Source: Podarcis filfolensis (Eukaryota). Taken from it: DNA of 64,000 nucleotides. A model generated the notes under the pieces. It searched no databases. It worked only from the letters and a program-made list of their open reading frames with translations, and was not told where the DNA came from. Positions 1 through 11,750 of the stretch are shown piece after piece (the stretch's first letter is position 1; each line of letters opens with the position of its first letter). A program made the translations under genes and the position numbers. The DNA is taken from NCBI GenBank assembly GCA_964270895.1, contig OZ185435.1. One strand, 5' to 3'.

Positions 1-80
1 GAACAGAGATTTGCAATGATACTCTCCAGTGAAACATGCAGGTTGTCCACATACACAGTGTAGACCAAGCCAAGGCAAGC
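1..80 (-). CDS. SBF2: SBF2 coding exon 5, partial (runs off the window)
   Basis: Translates ACLGLVYTVYVDNLHVSLESIIANLC(S). Acceptor tttcatgttttag|; continues the frame of exon 4. Confidence 0.95.
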
Positions 81-295
81 CTAAAACATGAAATAAAAAC
101 ATATTACATTGCAACCTGGGGAAAAGATAATACTAATAATTATTGGAAAATATACATCTGTAGTATAAGGAATGCAATTTTGGAATATTTATACATGAAA
201 AAAATATTTTGCTTAATTAAAATGCAATGCTAAAATCTAAAGCTTTTGAGTTAGAACTATATAGCTTTATCAGTAGTATGTTTCCGTAGTAGTAG

Positions 296-1545
296 TTTCA
301 GGCCTGGTTTTAGAACTGAAACCAACTTGGTAACCATGACTGATCTTTATGAACAGAGAGAAAAGAGAATGTTGTTTTGCCTCTACCTGTCAGCAGCTTT
401 TGATGCAATTGACCATGGTGTTCTTCTGAAGCAACTCAAGGAGATGGGAGTTGGTGGTAATGTGGTACATTAGTTCTGCTCTTACCTGCAGGGTTGCTAC
501 CAGACAGTTCTAGGAGATTGGTGCTTAGCACCACGGCTCTTGGGCTGGGTCCCATAGGGCTGCCCCACAAGAGTCAATTCTGTTTCCTTTTTCTATTGAG
601 CATCTATATTAAAGAGTTGGGAGCTCTCGTCTGGGGGTTAGAGCACAGTTTCAGCAGCATGCTGATGAACGCAGCTTTCTGCATTCCACTGAAATCAGGA
701 AAGGCTGTGAAGATGTTGGACAAGTGTCTAGAGGTAGTGATGGACTGGATAGAGTCCAATAAACTCAGCTTAAATCCTGCTAAGATGGAAGTGTTGTGGG
801 GGGTGGTTCCTGTTTCTGGGAATTAGGTGTATGATCTGTTCTGTTCAGAAGCACTCCCCTGTGAAGGAACAGGATCACAGTCTGGGAATACCCCTGGATT
901 CCAACTTGTTACTAGAGTCTCAAGTGGCTTCTGTGGCTAGCAGAACTTATGCCCAGCTTATGATGGTTTGCCGTCTATGACCATTCCTGGACAGCAATAG
1001 TTTTGCTCAGTTGTCCATGCTTTAGTGACCTCAGATTTGGGATACTATAATACGTAGGGTTAGCCTTGAAGGAGGTCTGGAAGCTGTAGCTATTGAAGAA
1101 TGTGGCTGCTAGGCCAGTAAGTGGGGTAGCCTGATAGGACCATATGTCACTGGTTCTGAAAACACTGCCCAGGTTGCCAGTACCAGACCTAATTCAAGAC
1201 ATTAGTGCTAGCATCTAAAGCCCGTAACAGCTTGAGACCCAAGTACCTAAAACAGGACCGTTCATAATATGAGCCAACTCAGACTGTATGGTTGGCAAGT
1301 GAGCCTTGTTGGTACAGCTGTCACTGGGAGCTGCTCTGACCCATGACAGGGTTGTTTCAGTAGCAGTTCCCCATTTGTGGCCCTCCTGTCACCCTCATTA
1401 CTGACTTGCAGGAGGAATTTGAAAACATCCCTGTTTGATGGCTGAAGGAAACTGTTCCTGGCACCCCTAAGATCAGTGGCTGAGTTTTATTATGGATGTG
1501 CTCGCCACCCTGGGTTCCTTCAGGAGGAAGAAGTTGAATGAATGA
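296..1545 (+). mobile_element. Degraded L2 LINE (RT region to 3' end)
   Basis: Frameshifted remnants of L2 RT motifs (..SAAFDAIDHG.., ..CLEVVMDWIESNKLSLNPAKMEVL..) followed by an L2-like 3' tail. Confidence 0.8.
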
Positions 1546-2039
1546 GGGGGGAAGAACTAATTTTTGAGTGACACAAGTATAAGGAAGCCTTTTTAAAGAA
1601 GTTGCTGTTTGTGTACCGCATATGAGCCTCAGAAATAAAAGTTGCAGGCTGCAAGGCCAGCTCCTGCTGAGGCTTTCCATACTAAACCTAAGGACTGCAA
1701 TTAAGAAGCTCCATAGCTTGAGTTATCTAGAAGCTCAGTCTCAAATTCGTGTGTAAGTAATAACATATTGTGCATAATCAAAAATACAGTCCTGTACTGC
1801 AAATTTTAAATAAAAACATTTTTTTATTAGTCTTGTGCCAAACATTTAACCATTTCATTTGGAGTGCAAAGAGTTTTGAGTGAGGCTGAAATATTTTCCC
1901 CACTTTGTTACCTAACCAGTTGCTTGTTTACTGAATCAGCTGTTGCATCTGAACCAACATTAAGCTATGTAAGTGAATCAACTCAATTACTTTGACCAAA
2001 CTAATTGCTCTGAAGTTTACATTTTTAGTTCTATATGAG

Positions 2040-2285
2040 TAGCTAGGAGATTCCAGGGCTAGAACCAGTTTGCGGCAGCTGCCTGTGGTGAGCTGTCAGA
2101 ACTGCAGCTTGGATTATCATCTGGACAGGAAGGCTATAAAGGCTTCCTTTTGTGGGATGGGACCTTGCCTGAGCAAGATGTTCTTTCTGGTTTTGATGTG
2201 TTCTTTGGCTTCAACTCCTCCCTTAGTCCCTTGGTTCCAATTCACCAGTGCAACTCTTACAGTTGCCTATGGCTTAGCCCTGACA
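2040..2285. mobile_element. Possible degenerate LTR fragment
   Basis: GC-richer island ending ..ccctgaca like the solo LTR at 22437-22960. No left terminus or TSD found. Confidence 0.2.
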
Positions 2286-2537
2286 TTAGGCTGGGATAAC
2301 TAAATATTTATTTGGTATATATGTGCTTCTGAATATAATGCTTCTGTGAAAAAAAGTGCATAGCATTGATGTACCAGTGAAATGTGATTTGTATAAAATG
2401 CAGGCTATTTCTCCTTGTGCTGTCTAAATTCTCATAACAGTGTAAATATATTTCAGTTCAAGAATACTTGCCACTGTTACTTATCAAATATCCAACAAAT
2501 TTGTACAATGGCACATTATAAATGACAGGTTCTTTAC

Positions 2538-2651
2538 CCTGAAAATTTCTGGATAATCTAATCTGGACACCAACACCAGGCTTTTGGGAGCAAATACTTC
2601 TGCAGGCTGGATCAAACCTGTCTCCTCCTCTCCTTCTGTTTCTCTTGATCC
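2538..2651 (-). CDS. SBF2: SBF2 coding exon 4 (linker + start of cDENN), 114 nt
   Basis: Translates [38 protein letters not shown]. Acceptor gtctgttttcaaag|, donor AGG|gtaaag; phase 0/0. Confidence 0.95.
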
Positions 2652-5131
2652 CTTTGAAAACAGACATACTTTAGTCAACAGATAAGATGGTGATCACCTT
2701 TATGAAGAAATAGTATTTTTTAAAAATAAAACCCAAATATGTCCTAGAATTTAAAATAAAATATAGCTTTTATGAAAACATTAGAACTTTAAAAGAACTA
2801 CCATGCAATTTGTACCTCATGGTTCCCAAGATGACTTATTGCAACAAGCAAATAAAATAGCTAAGCACAGTTTTTGCATAAAACACAATGGGGAAACTTC
2901 TACGTTGAAAGCAAAAGCAACTCTGCTTCCTACAAGTTAGTCAAAAGCTCCTCTTTGAAGCTATCTCAACATAGCAGTTTTCAATAAAAGTGTGAACTCA
3001 TGTAGCTCTATGTGTGAACTTATGACATTTCTAATCCTACCCATAAATTTCACCCTACATCATGTCATTCAGTAGACAGAATCCCAAGGGTAGCAGAGAA
3101 TCACACCTCAATGGCCCACTGGGATTTGTTGGATTGGTCTCTCACTAATCACTACCCCAATCAGCTGTTGCTTCCTAGACAAGAGGACTGGGCAGGCCCC
3201 AAAAGCTGCAGGTAGGTGGTAAACAGAGATTGGTATTTCAAAACGTGAGACCCGAGTTCCAGTTTTGCTGACTGTCTCAAAAGGTTCTAGTACTGCAATT
3301 TTCATTCAAAATCATTATTTCTAGCAGTGTGACAGAAGCAAAACATGCTTTGGCTTGCACTGGATATGCCAGTAGTACCTGTTTGTAGCCTAGGAGTGTC
3401 AACCATTCTCAGGAGAATTCAAATACACATCAACTTGTTTCTTACTGTAGCTATCCTACCAGGAGAGGACACTGGGACCTACTATCCAAGCTAAAGGGCA
3501 GATTGAACTACTGGGCTATAGCAAAAGAGTACAAATGAAAAGGAAGTTTTTGTTCATTCTACCTCACTGCTTACAATACTCTGCTAACTGTTGACTGGAG
3601 CTGTCCATGAATAATTAAGCTGAATAATGAATGTCACTGGCATACACATTTGCTGTTTCTGTGATGTTTTCTTTGAATATTAATTGTTGTTGGGTTGCTT
3701 CTAACATAGAAGCCTGTATTAGCTAAATTAAGAGTTTCATTTTTTAATCAAAAAACCAATTTGAGTACAAATAGGATTTTTAAATTCGAAAACATTACAT
3801 TTTCAGGCCCTTGAATGATCACAGCAGGCCATATCTCTACATCTATATGAGAGACAGGGATTTTCTTTTCAAACTGTATGGCATGAAAAATAAAAACAAC
3901 CAAACATGTTTAAAGGAACCTTATAGCAAGGACAGCTCACTTTTGTGTCAGAGTAAATGTATACATGTTTATCCTTTTTATTGGACCATAAAGTTATGGA
4001 AGAATGTACAAGTTGTTAAAATTACACTGAATCTCAGGCCAAACCCTATTTTGTGTACCTTGGTTTCCTTATTCTCTTTTACTAATATGTTAGCTAATAT
4101 GCTGGCAACTCCTTACCTATTTTGTACCTCTTCTTGTACAAAAGTATATCATCTTTTGTAAAGTCAACCATCATTATCCTTAACATACTGGTAAGGCCTA
4201 TGAATGAACTGACCAACTTGAATCTAGTAGCTTTAAATAGGATGCTTCTCAGTAGTGAACAAGACACAGAGCTCACCTACACTTCCACTTCTCCTGTACC
4301 TAGAAAGGACGGGTCTGACCAGTTTTTCGCTTGTCCCATGCTTTCTAGGCATGGGTCTGACTGGATTTGCCTTTGCCCCTCCATTTCCCCCTGGAAAACT
4401 TGTTCTTTAGTGTTAAATCAACACAAATAGAAATCTGTGGAAAACCTGATTCTGATTCAGTGCTAAACTGCAGGTTTTCCTGGGGGAAAGTAGAGGGTCA
4501 AACGGAAACTTCTGAATGCAAGCTAATCAAAGCTTATTAAGTCTTGTTGCCCTGAACTGTATATGGTATAGCAGTGACTAATATCCTTTTCACTTGTACT
4601 ACGCTGTGCTACAGGACTGTCAGCTATTATCAGTGAAAAATACTTTCTAAAATTGGATAAACATCTTGCTGTGGGAACTACCAATACATTTTAAAATAAT
4701 TTAAGAGCAAACACTGCACAATGCTGTCTAGCAGTGTTTATAGCAATGGATATGCCCACAGTAAATCCTCTCAGAACATTTCTATTACCCAGTCTCAAAA
4801 CCTTATTCAGATTCAATACATCAAATAGGTAAGATGAACTGATTTTTACAAGCAGACTTCACTATAATTAGTATGGAGATCAGCTTTATACTACATCAGG
4901 AGAAAAAGAAAGAAGAGCTAGAAATAGCTAACAGAACCACAATTATTATTTATATTGCTGAAGTAAAATCTGACTTAATTCCAGTCATTCTCATTGTTTG
5001 CTAAGTTACTTCTTTTTATGGAAAACAGTTTTATATCTAGTAAAAATAGATAGTGGAAACAGTTGGAGATTACTGTTTCACTTAAAGGGAAAAAAACCAA
5101 ACAACACCCTAACAATCACCTAAAACATTCA

Positions 5132-5271
5132 GGTAGGTAGCCGTGTTGGTCTAAGGCAGTAGAAATATATTTTTAAAAATTAAAAAAAAATTGTCCAGTA
5201 GCACCTTAGAGAGCAACTAAGCTTGTTCTTGGTATAAGCTTTTGTGTGCATGCATACTTCTTCAGATACAC
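5132..5271 (+). mobile_element. Penelope-like element terminal stub
   Basis: ggtagccgtgttggtc..gtagcaccttagag..ggtataagctttt..ttcttcagatac; the same sequence recurs inverted at 49004 and 54573. Family assignment from memory. Confidence 0.7.
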
Positions 5272-6122
5272 ATTGAAATACATTGTTTTCTTTTACTAAA
5301 TCAAATTGTGAAAAACAGTCCACATGACTACAAAGGTGAATTTTGATAAGATTCTCTGGCACTGCAAGTTAGGATTGAGATCACACTGGGTTCTACTTGA
5401 GTTCTTTTGGTGAAATACCAGTAGGTGGCACTGGAGATTCTTACAGCTAGTACTTCCAGGCTTCCTTCATATAGGGATGACCCATGACACATAGGAGTGG
5501 CTTGGAAGACTTTTAAATTCTGTTCAACTTAGTCATTTCTTTCAGCTGGGTACTCCTACAAAAACCATGCTATTTGAAGGTAAAACAAACAGATGTGAAG
5601 GAACCGTACACTAATCTTCCATGCGCTGCATCGTTTCCCATCTTGCTTCCAAGAGTAAGAGTGACAAACATCTGTGTGGCACAACAAAATCAGTGAACCT
5701 TTGTTTCACTACCAGCAGAAATGAAAAGTACCGTAATTTTCCTACAAACAACTTGTAACAGACAGTGTGAATAAGAAGAGCTGCATGACCTATACAGCAT
5801 TTGAATGAAAACTCTTGTATGGTTCAACAGGAATCTCTTCTCTGTCAAAAGTATATTTTGGATTTGAATGGGAAGACATGGAGGACATATTTTATCTTTG
5901 TCAGAGAGCAGAGAATGTAATCTGAACTGCAGTTTAACTGTAAATTAGGAAACAATCCCATGGAAAACAAGCCCTCCCCAATGAACAATGCCTTCTGCCT
6001 GTAGAGATTCAGCTTTCATGGATCAAAGGACCCTTTCAGATGTTTTTATTCGTGGCAACCTCTCTGTAGAATTACCTCCCAACTAAACTAAAGCCAATGC
6101 TAACTCTGATGCCATTCTGGTA

Positions 6123-6364
6123 CAGTGGTACCTCAGGTTAAGTACTTAATTCGTTCCGGAGGTCCGTTCTTAACCTGAAACTGTTCTTAACCTGAAGCAC
6201 CACTTTAGCTAATGGGGCCTCCCACTGCCGCCGCGCCGCCAGAGCACGATTTCTGTTCTCATCCTGAAGCAAAGTTCTTAACCCAAGGTACTATTTCTCG
6301 GTTAGCAGAGTCTGTAACCTGAAGTGTATGTAACCTGAAGCATATGTAACCTGAGGTACCACTG
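6123..6364. mobile_element. Tc1/mariner-type MITE, 242 bp
   Basis: TIRs CAGTGGTACCTC/GAGGTACCACTG flanked by TA on both sides. An inverted copy lies at 59846-60087. Confidence 0.9.
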
Positions 6365-6471
6365 TACTTCCTTTAAAAACACATTTATTTTCTCAGGTCT
6401 CTGTTACAAGTTAGTTGTATTAATTTAACTCTGCCCTGGCCTAATGGCTGATGTTTTTATTTTGTATTATA

Positions 6472-6473
<2 letters not shown>

Positions 6474-6519
<46 letters not shown>
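6474..6519. repeat. (AG)n microsatellite
   Basis: Uninterrupted dinucleotide run. Confidence 0.98.
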
Positions 6520-6521
<2 letters not shown>

Positions 6522-7266
6522 TGTGTTTTACTGTGCACCACCTTGCAATTTCAAATGAAAGGTGGCATATTTATATATTCCAATAAATATTTAAAAATGG
6601 GAAGAGAAAAGGCTTTTATGTCCATAATGTTTCCGTTTTTTTTTTAGAAAAGGGAATCAAGGTAGCTCCTGAAGGCATAGTTTCAAGTAGCTAGCTCCAA
6701 ATCTGAGAGAGAAGATCCATATTTTTCATTAAATGGAGCTGGTTAAAAACCAGTGATTAAACACAAGTCTTATCGCCTGACACTGTTATGTAGTTTCCTA
6801 ACAAAGCAACATATTTTTTTGCAGACATTGCATATGGAGCCTATAAAGTTAACATCTGCACGTCTTACTGTTGCACATGTAAAATTATGTGTAGATATAA
6901 TACATCCTAATGTGTTCAGAAAATATTGTACATTTATTGAAAGTATGTTCATCTGTGTGGATTTGTATTAGTCTGGTTACATGCTGTTCCGCTTCTGCGT
7001 GGCATTTCTTGAAGTCTGAGCAACAGAACAAACCACGTGCTCAGCAAAAAAATCAGAAGCAATTTGACAAATATTATATGGCTATGGTGCAAGATGTCAT
7101 CACTAAAGATAAGGTATTATAAATGGCTTTTTAAAATGCAATTAGTTTCATATTTTTGCATAAAAGGACAACTGCAAGAAATCTAGCTAGAGGAAGCCTA
7201 AACTTTTCAATTCACATTGAAAAGAGTGTCAGCATTCCCTAATTCCAGCATTTCAACCATGCTTAC

Positions 7267-7298
7267 CCATGCAAAATTTCTATCACAGAATTCTCTTG
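7267..7298 (-). CDS. Candidate 32-nt micro-exon in SBF2 intron 3
   Basis: ctcacttttcccacag|CAAGAGAATTCTGTGATAGAAATTTTGCATGG|gtaagc; strong acceptor and donor. Confidence 0.25.
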
Positions 7299-7854
7299 CT
7301 GTGGGAAAAGTGAGATTTACCCAGATTTATTCCTTCACAAAGAAATGAGCCAACTGCATAGACAGATCTCATTACCTTACAAAATGCTAGGCAGAGGAGA
7401 TGGCTGCACTTCAAAAAGCTATTAGTAAGCACTTTGTAGAACCAATTACAAAAGCCCATATATGGTAATTACAGCAAACATTGCACAAAGTTTATACTAG
7501 CCACAATCAAAGCCAAAGAATGATACATGTTCTTTCATTTCCAACATTCCTGGCATTGTTTCACTAAGTGACACAATAAACTGTAGACAACGTTCTGAAT
7601 TTCCAGTGATTGTACACTCCCTTTTCCCTGCCAACTAATTTCTTCATATCTCTGATATGCTATTTACAGGATCATGCTTAATTACAAGTAGGAAGAAATG
7701 ACAATGCACAAACTATTTATACAATCAGCATTATTCACAAAGGTGCAAAACATTACAACTTAAAACAAATTCCCCCTTTAATTTCTGGAAAATGTGCTCT
7801 GAAAATGTCCAAGACCAGTGACCTATTGATAATACAATCTCACTAAATCAGAAT

Positions 7855-8738
7855 GGGCTTGTTCACATAGCACATTGCATCATAATTTTAAACAAGCTAT
7901 GATTTCTCTTCTCATGAGGTGGCCAAAGTATTGGAGCCTCAGGTTCATGATCTGTCCTTCCAGTGAGCACTCAGGGTTTATTTCCTTAAGAATGGATAGG
8001 TTTGATCTTCTTACAGTCCACTGGACTCTCAAGAGTCTCCTCCAGCACCATAATTCAAAAGCATCAATTCTTCTGCGATCAGCCTTCTTTATGGTCCAGC
8101 TCTCACTTCCATACGTCACTACTGGGAAAACTATAGCTTTAACTATATGGACCTTTGTCGGCAAGGTGATGTCTCTGCTTTTTAAGATGCTATCTAGGTT
8201 TGTCATTGCTTGAAAAGAAGACTCCCTGGAAAAGACTCTGATGTTGGGAAAGATTGAGGGCACAAGGAGAAGGGGACGACAGAGGACGAGATGGTTGGGC
8301 AGTGTTCTCGAAGCTACCAACATGAGTTTAACCAAACTGCGGGACACAGGAGTGTCTGGCGTGCTCTGGTCCATGGGGTCACAAAGAGTCGGACACGACT
8401 AAACGACTAAACAACAACAACATGATTTCATGTGAACAAGCAGTGCATTTGTGCATGCTGTTCAAAGGTTTCTGTGGTGCTCCTTCCCCACCCCTGTTGC
8501 TGCTGCACCATGAACAAAAGAGGAGGGGAGTCTAATTTGTCATGTTGTCTGAACCCAGGTTCATGGTTTGTTTCTCTCCAAACAAACCACAAACTCAATT
8601 TCAGACACTTTGACAAGCAAAACTTGGGCTTCTTTTTCTGCAGCACTTTTCTGCTGTGAGCACTGGCAGCATTCTGTGGGTTCACAATAAACCATAGTTT
8701 GTTTTAATTATGGCTTAATGTGACGTACAAACTGGGCC
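7855..8738. mobile_element. Non-autonomous TIR element (PIF/Harbinger-like) interrupted by Bov-B
   Basis: Left end gggcttgttcacatagcacattgcatcataattttaaacaagctatg aligns imperfectly with the reverse complement of the right end (ggcccagtttgtacgtcacattaagccataattaaaacaaactatg). TSD not preserved. Confidence 0.55.
7907..8421 (+). mobile_element. Bov-B (RTE) LINE 3' end with 5' inversion
   Basis: 7907-8211 is minus-strand RTE ORF (MTNLDSILKSRDITLPTKV..ELWCWRRLLRV..QYFGHLMRRE). 8212-8421 is the plus-strand continuation ending gactaaacaacaacaa. 8-bp TSD ATGATTTC at 7899-7906 and 8422-8429. Confidence 0.92.
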
Positions 8739-9240
8739 AGTGTATGCTCTCTCTTTATTATGTTTTGAAAAAATGAAACATTAGAGAAATGTTTTTTAAA
8801 GCATTAACTACTAGAGGAATTTTGTTTCTGTAGAAACTACCAAGAAAGAGAAGGGGGGAGGAAGGATACTGATTCACCAAAGAATGGCAGACAAATTGCA
8901 TTTTAGCATGGGATTTGGGAACGTATTTTGCAATTCCTGTGCATCCTGGGTGAATAGTACTATTAATTATGTCTAAGATAAATGATAACCTCTTGCCTTC
9001 AACAGTCTCCAGCCAATATATCTGACCTGCTGCTAGGAAATTATTTTATCTCTGTTTTAAGTTATAAATTTATCTTGGTGTTTATTGCCCTCTGTGTCAC
9101 ACTACTGAACACATAACTGTGGTTACTCCTTAAATTTCTGCATTCTAAAATACTCTATAGAACGGGATGTTCTGTGGTGGAAAAACCATGGAGATTACCT
9201 GAAATACTGTAGCTGTAGGGGTATAGTCATTAAAACATAT

Positions 9241-9638
9241 GGAAACCAATCCTTATGAGGAATGGTTGAGAGAGCTGGATATGTCTAGCTTAGAGAAGAG
9301 AAGACTGAGAGGTGATATGATAGACATCTTCAAATATATGAAAGGCTGCCATATGGAAGATGAAACAAGCTTGTTTTCTGCAGCTCCAAAGGCTGGAATC
9401 CGAATCAATGGATTCAAATTACAAAAAAAAATGAGATTCTCACTTAAACATTAGGAAAAACTTTCTGATGGTAAGAGCTGTTCAACAGTGCAATGGAATA
9501 CCTTGGAAGGCGGTGGACTTTCCTTCATTGGAAGGTTTTAAACAGAGGCTGGGATTCTTTAGTTGTGATTCCTGTATTGCAGGGGGTTGGACTAGATGAT
9601 CCTTGTGGTCACTTCCAACTCTACAATTCTATGATTAT
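9241..9638 (+). mobile_element. CR1 LINE 3' end
   Basis: PYEEWLRELDMSSLEKRRLRGDMIDIFKYMKG motif and ..ccaactctacaattctatgatt tail. Confidence 0.9.
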
Positions 9639-9722
9639 GGAATCTCAAAACAATTTATTTCAATTCAAGGTTTTGTAGATAAAATGAAGGGAAAATGTTT
9701 TTCTACATCTGCAAAAAACCTA

Positions 9723-9982
9723 CCGTATTTTTCGCTCTATAAGACGCACCAGACCACAAGACGCACCTAGTTTTTGGAGGAGGAAAACAAGGGGAAAAAA
9801 TGTTCTGAATCTCAGAAGCCAGAACAGCAAGAGGGATCACTGCACAGCGAAAGCAGCAATCCCTCTTGCTGTTCTGGCTTCTGTGATAGTTGTGCAACCT
9901 GCATTCGCTCCATAAGACGCACACACATTTCCCCTTACTTTTTAGGAGGGGAAAAGTGAGTCTTATAGAGCAAAAAATACGG
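9723..9982. mobile_element. Tc1/mariner (pogo-like) MITE, 260 bp
   Basis: TIRs CCGTATTTTTCGCTCTATAAGAC / GTCTTATAGAGCAAAAAATACGG flanked by TA; internal perfect 25-bp inverted repeat. Confidence 0.9.
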
Positions 9983-10476
9983 TACTTAAATTTTTCGGCA
10001 CATTAACAATAATTCCACATAACACATTTCTCATTTGTTCAAGCTGATTCTGCTGAATTTCTCCATTAGTACAAAAAAAAAATCACCTTCCCTAAATATT
10101 TTATATTTGGGGGAAGAGTATTATTTTTCAGATAGGCTCATCTTTTAAAAATTGTCTACACAGAGCTATCCTATATTAGCCTATACCATGTATGTAGCCA
10201 ATGAATTTGCAGCATCCACCATCCATCTGATCCCCTGCCCACTTCCTCCAGTGGGAGCTTCTACTCAATCCAAGTGCCTATTATAAAGAACCACCCTCCT
10301 AGATCTGGCCAAAGGCCCATCGAGGCCAACATTTTGTCTTCACAGTGGCCAACCAGATGTCTATAGGAAAGTGTGCAAGCAGGTAATGAGCACAACAGTG
10401 CTCTCTCCCTTTGTTATTATCAGTAACTGGTATTCACAATCATACTGTCTTCAGCCATATAGAAAGAACATCCAAG

Positions 10477-10620
10477 TAGGTTGTGGACTCCATTGGAGGT
10501 TTTCAAACAGAGGTTGGATACCATGTCAAGTCATGTATGATTTAGCTAAGATTCCTGCATTGCAGGGGGTTGAACCCTTGGGGTCACTTCCAACTCTGCA
10601 ATTCTATGATTTTATGATTT
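10477..10620 (+). mobile_element. CR1 3' terminal fragment
   Basis: ttggaggttttcaaacagaggttggat..attcctgcattgcaggggg..attctatgatt tail. Confidence 0.8.
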
Positions 10621-10744
10621 AAAAAAACAACAACAAACCACCCAAGTTGGTGACCATCATTACATCTTGTGGGAGTATATTCCATATATTCCATAATTTA
10701 ACTATGTGGTGTGTGAAGTACTTACTGGTTTGTCCAAAATTATT

Positions 10745-10860
10745 TATTATTATATTAGTTATTAAATTTCTATACCGCCCTTCACCTGAAGATCACAGAG
10801 CGATTTACAATCTGAAAACACAAAAATACACACCATAATAACAAACAAAAACAAGACCCC
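10745..10860 (-). mobile_element. L2 3' tail fragment
   Basis: tataccgcccttcacctgaagatcacagagcgatttacaa; similar to 37762-37800. Confidence 0.65.
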
Positions 10861-11722
10861 ACAGTATTTATTATTATTATTATTATTCCCAAGTTCCAGT
10901 ATTATAAGGGAGAAGTGCTATCCACTTTCTACACACCATGCTTATTTTTATGCCCCTCTCTGTCTCCCCTTATCTCCCCTTTTCTCTAAACTGAAAATTT
11001 CCAAATGCCATAAACTTTCTTCATAGGAAAGTTGCTCCAGCCCCTTGATCATTTTAGCTGTGCTTTTCTGGAGGAGTGATGCAGAAGCATGAGCTTGAGA
11101 CCACATAGCCTTTTTGAGGTGAGAAGACCAGAATTGTACACAGCATCCCATGCAGTCACACCATAGATTTATGTGACAACATTATTATATTGGCAATTTT
11201 ATATTTATTCTTGTTCCTAATGATTCCTAGCATAGAATTTGCCTTTTGAACACCACCTGCACAAATGAAAGTTGCCCTTTCATTTGTGGAAATCCTACTC
11301 ATAATCCAACCCAACGTATGGTTTAATTGTTGTTTTGCTATTATATAATCGTATTTATTAACTGTATAGCTTGATTTTACTGTTGCAAATTGATTCTAGC
11401 TGATATTGTAAGCTACAACGGCTTCAATTTGAAGATAAGCAAGATATAATTTTATTTAATTTTTGCAACAACAACGGTGTCTAAAAATTGAAAGAAGGAC
11501 CTATTTTTCATAAAGGCTTCTTATTAAACAACGATGTAAAATTCCTCCAAAGCCTTGGACTGCAAAAATTACTTTGCATCATAATTAATACAAGTCTTCT
11601 AAGCACATTTAGAGCACGTAAAATACTTAGTAAGAATGTGATTAACAATTCCAATGTGATAAAGCAATCAAAGAAATTCCTAGAAAACCAAAGCTAGTCA
11701 CATATACAAACAGAGGTATTAC

Positions 11723-11750
11723 CGGCCATGTCATTATCAGAAGTCACAGC
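11723..11750 (-). CDS. Candidate 28-nt micro-exon in SBF2 intron 3
   Basis: atccttttag|GCTGTGACTTCTGATAATGACATGGCCG|gtaata. Only the phase-0 frame is open (AVTSDNDMA+1 nt). Confidence 0.2.

Larger units (their letters stand above)
10280..11265 (-). mobile_element. Old fragmented CR1 (second family), interrupted by younger insertions
   Basis: Pieces ggccaaaggcccatc..cacagtggccaaccagatg.. and ..ccagccccttgatcatttt..; reverse ORF remnant LEQLSYEESLWHLEIFSLEKR. Confidence 0.7.

Noticed and set aside
7376-7431. Exon-like 43/56-nt segment upstream of the 32-nt candidate
   Set aside because: Weak acceptors, stops in most frames, and the combinations I tried do not restore the exon 3-4 frame.
7880-8374. 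164-aa ORF resembling a reverse-transcriptase C-terminus
   Set aside because: A fragment of the inverted Bov-B read across the inversion junction; not a host gene.
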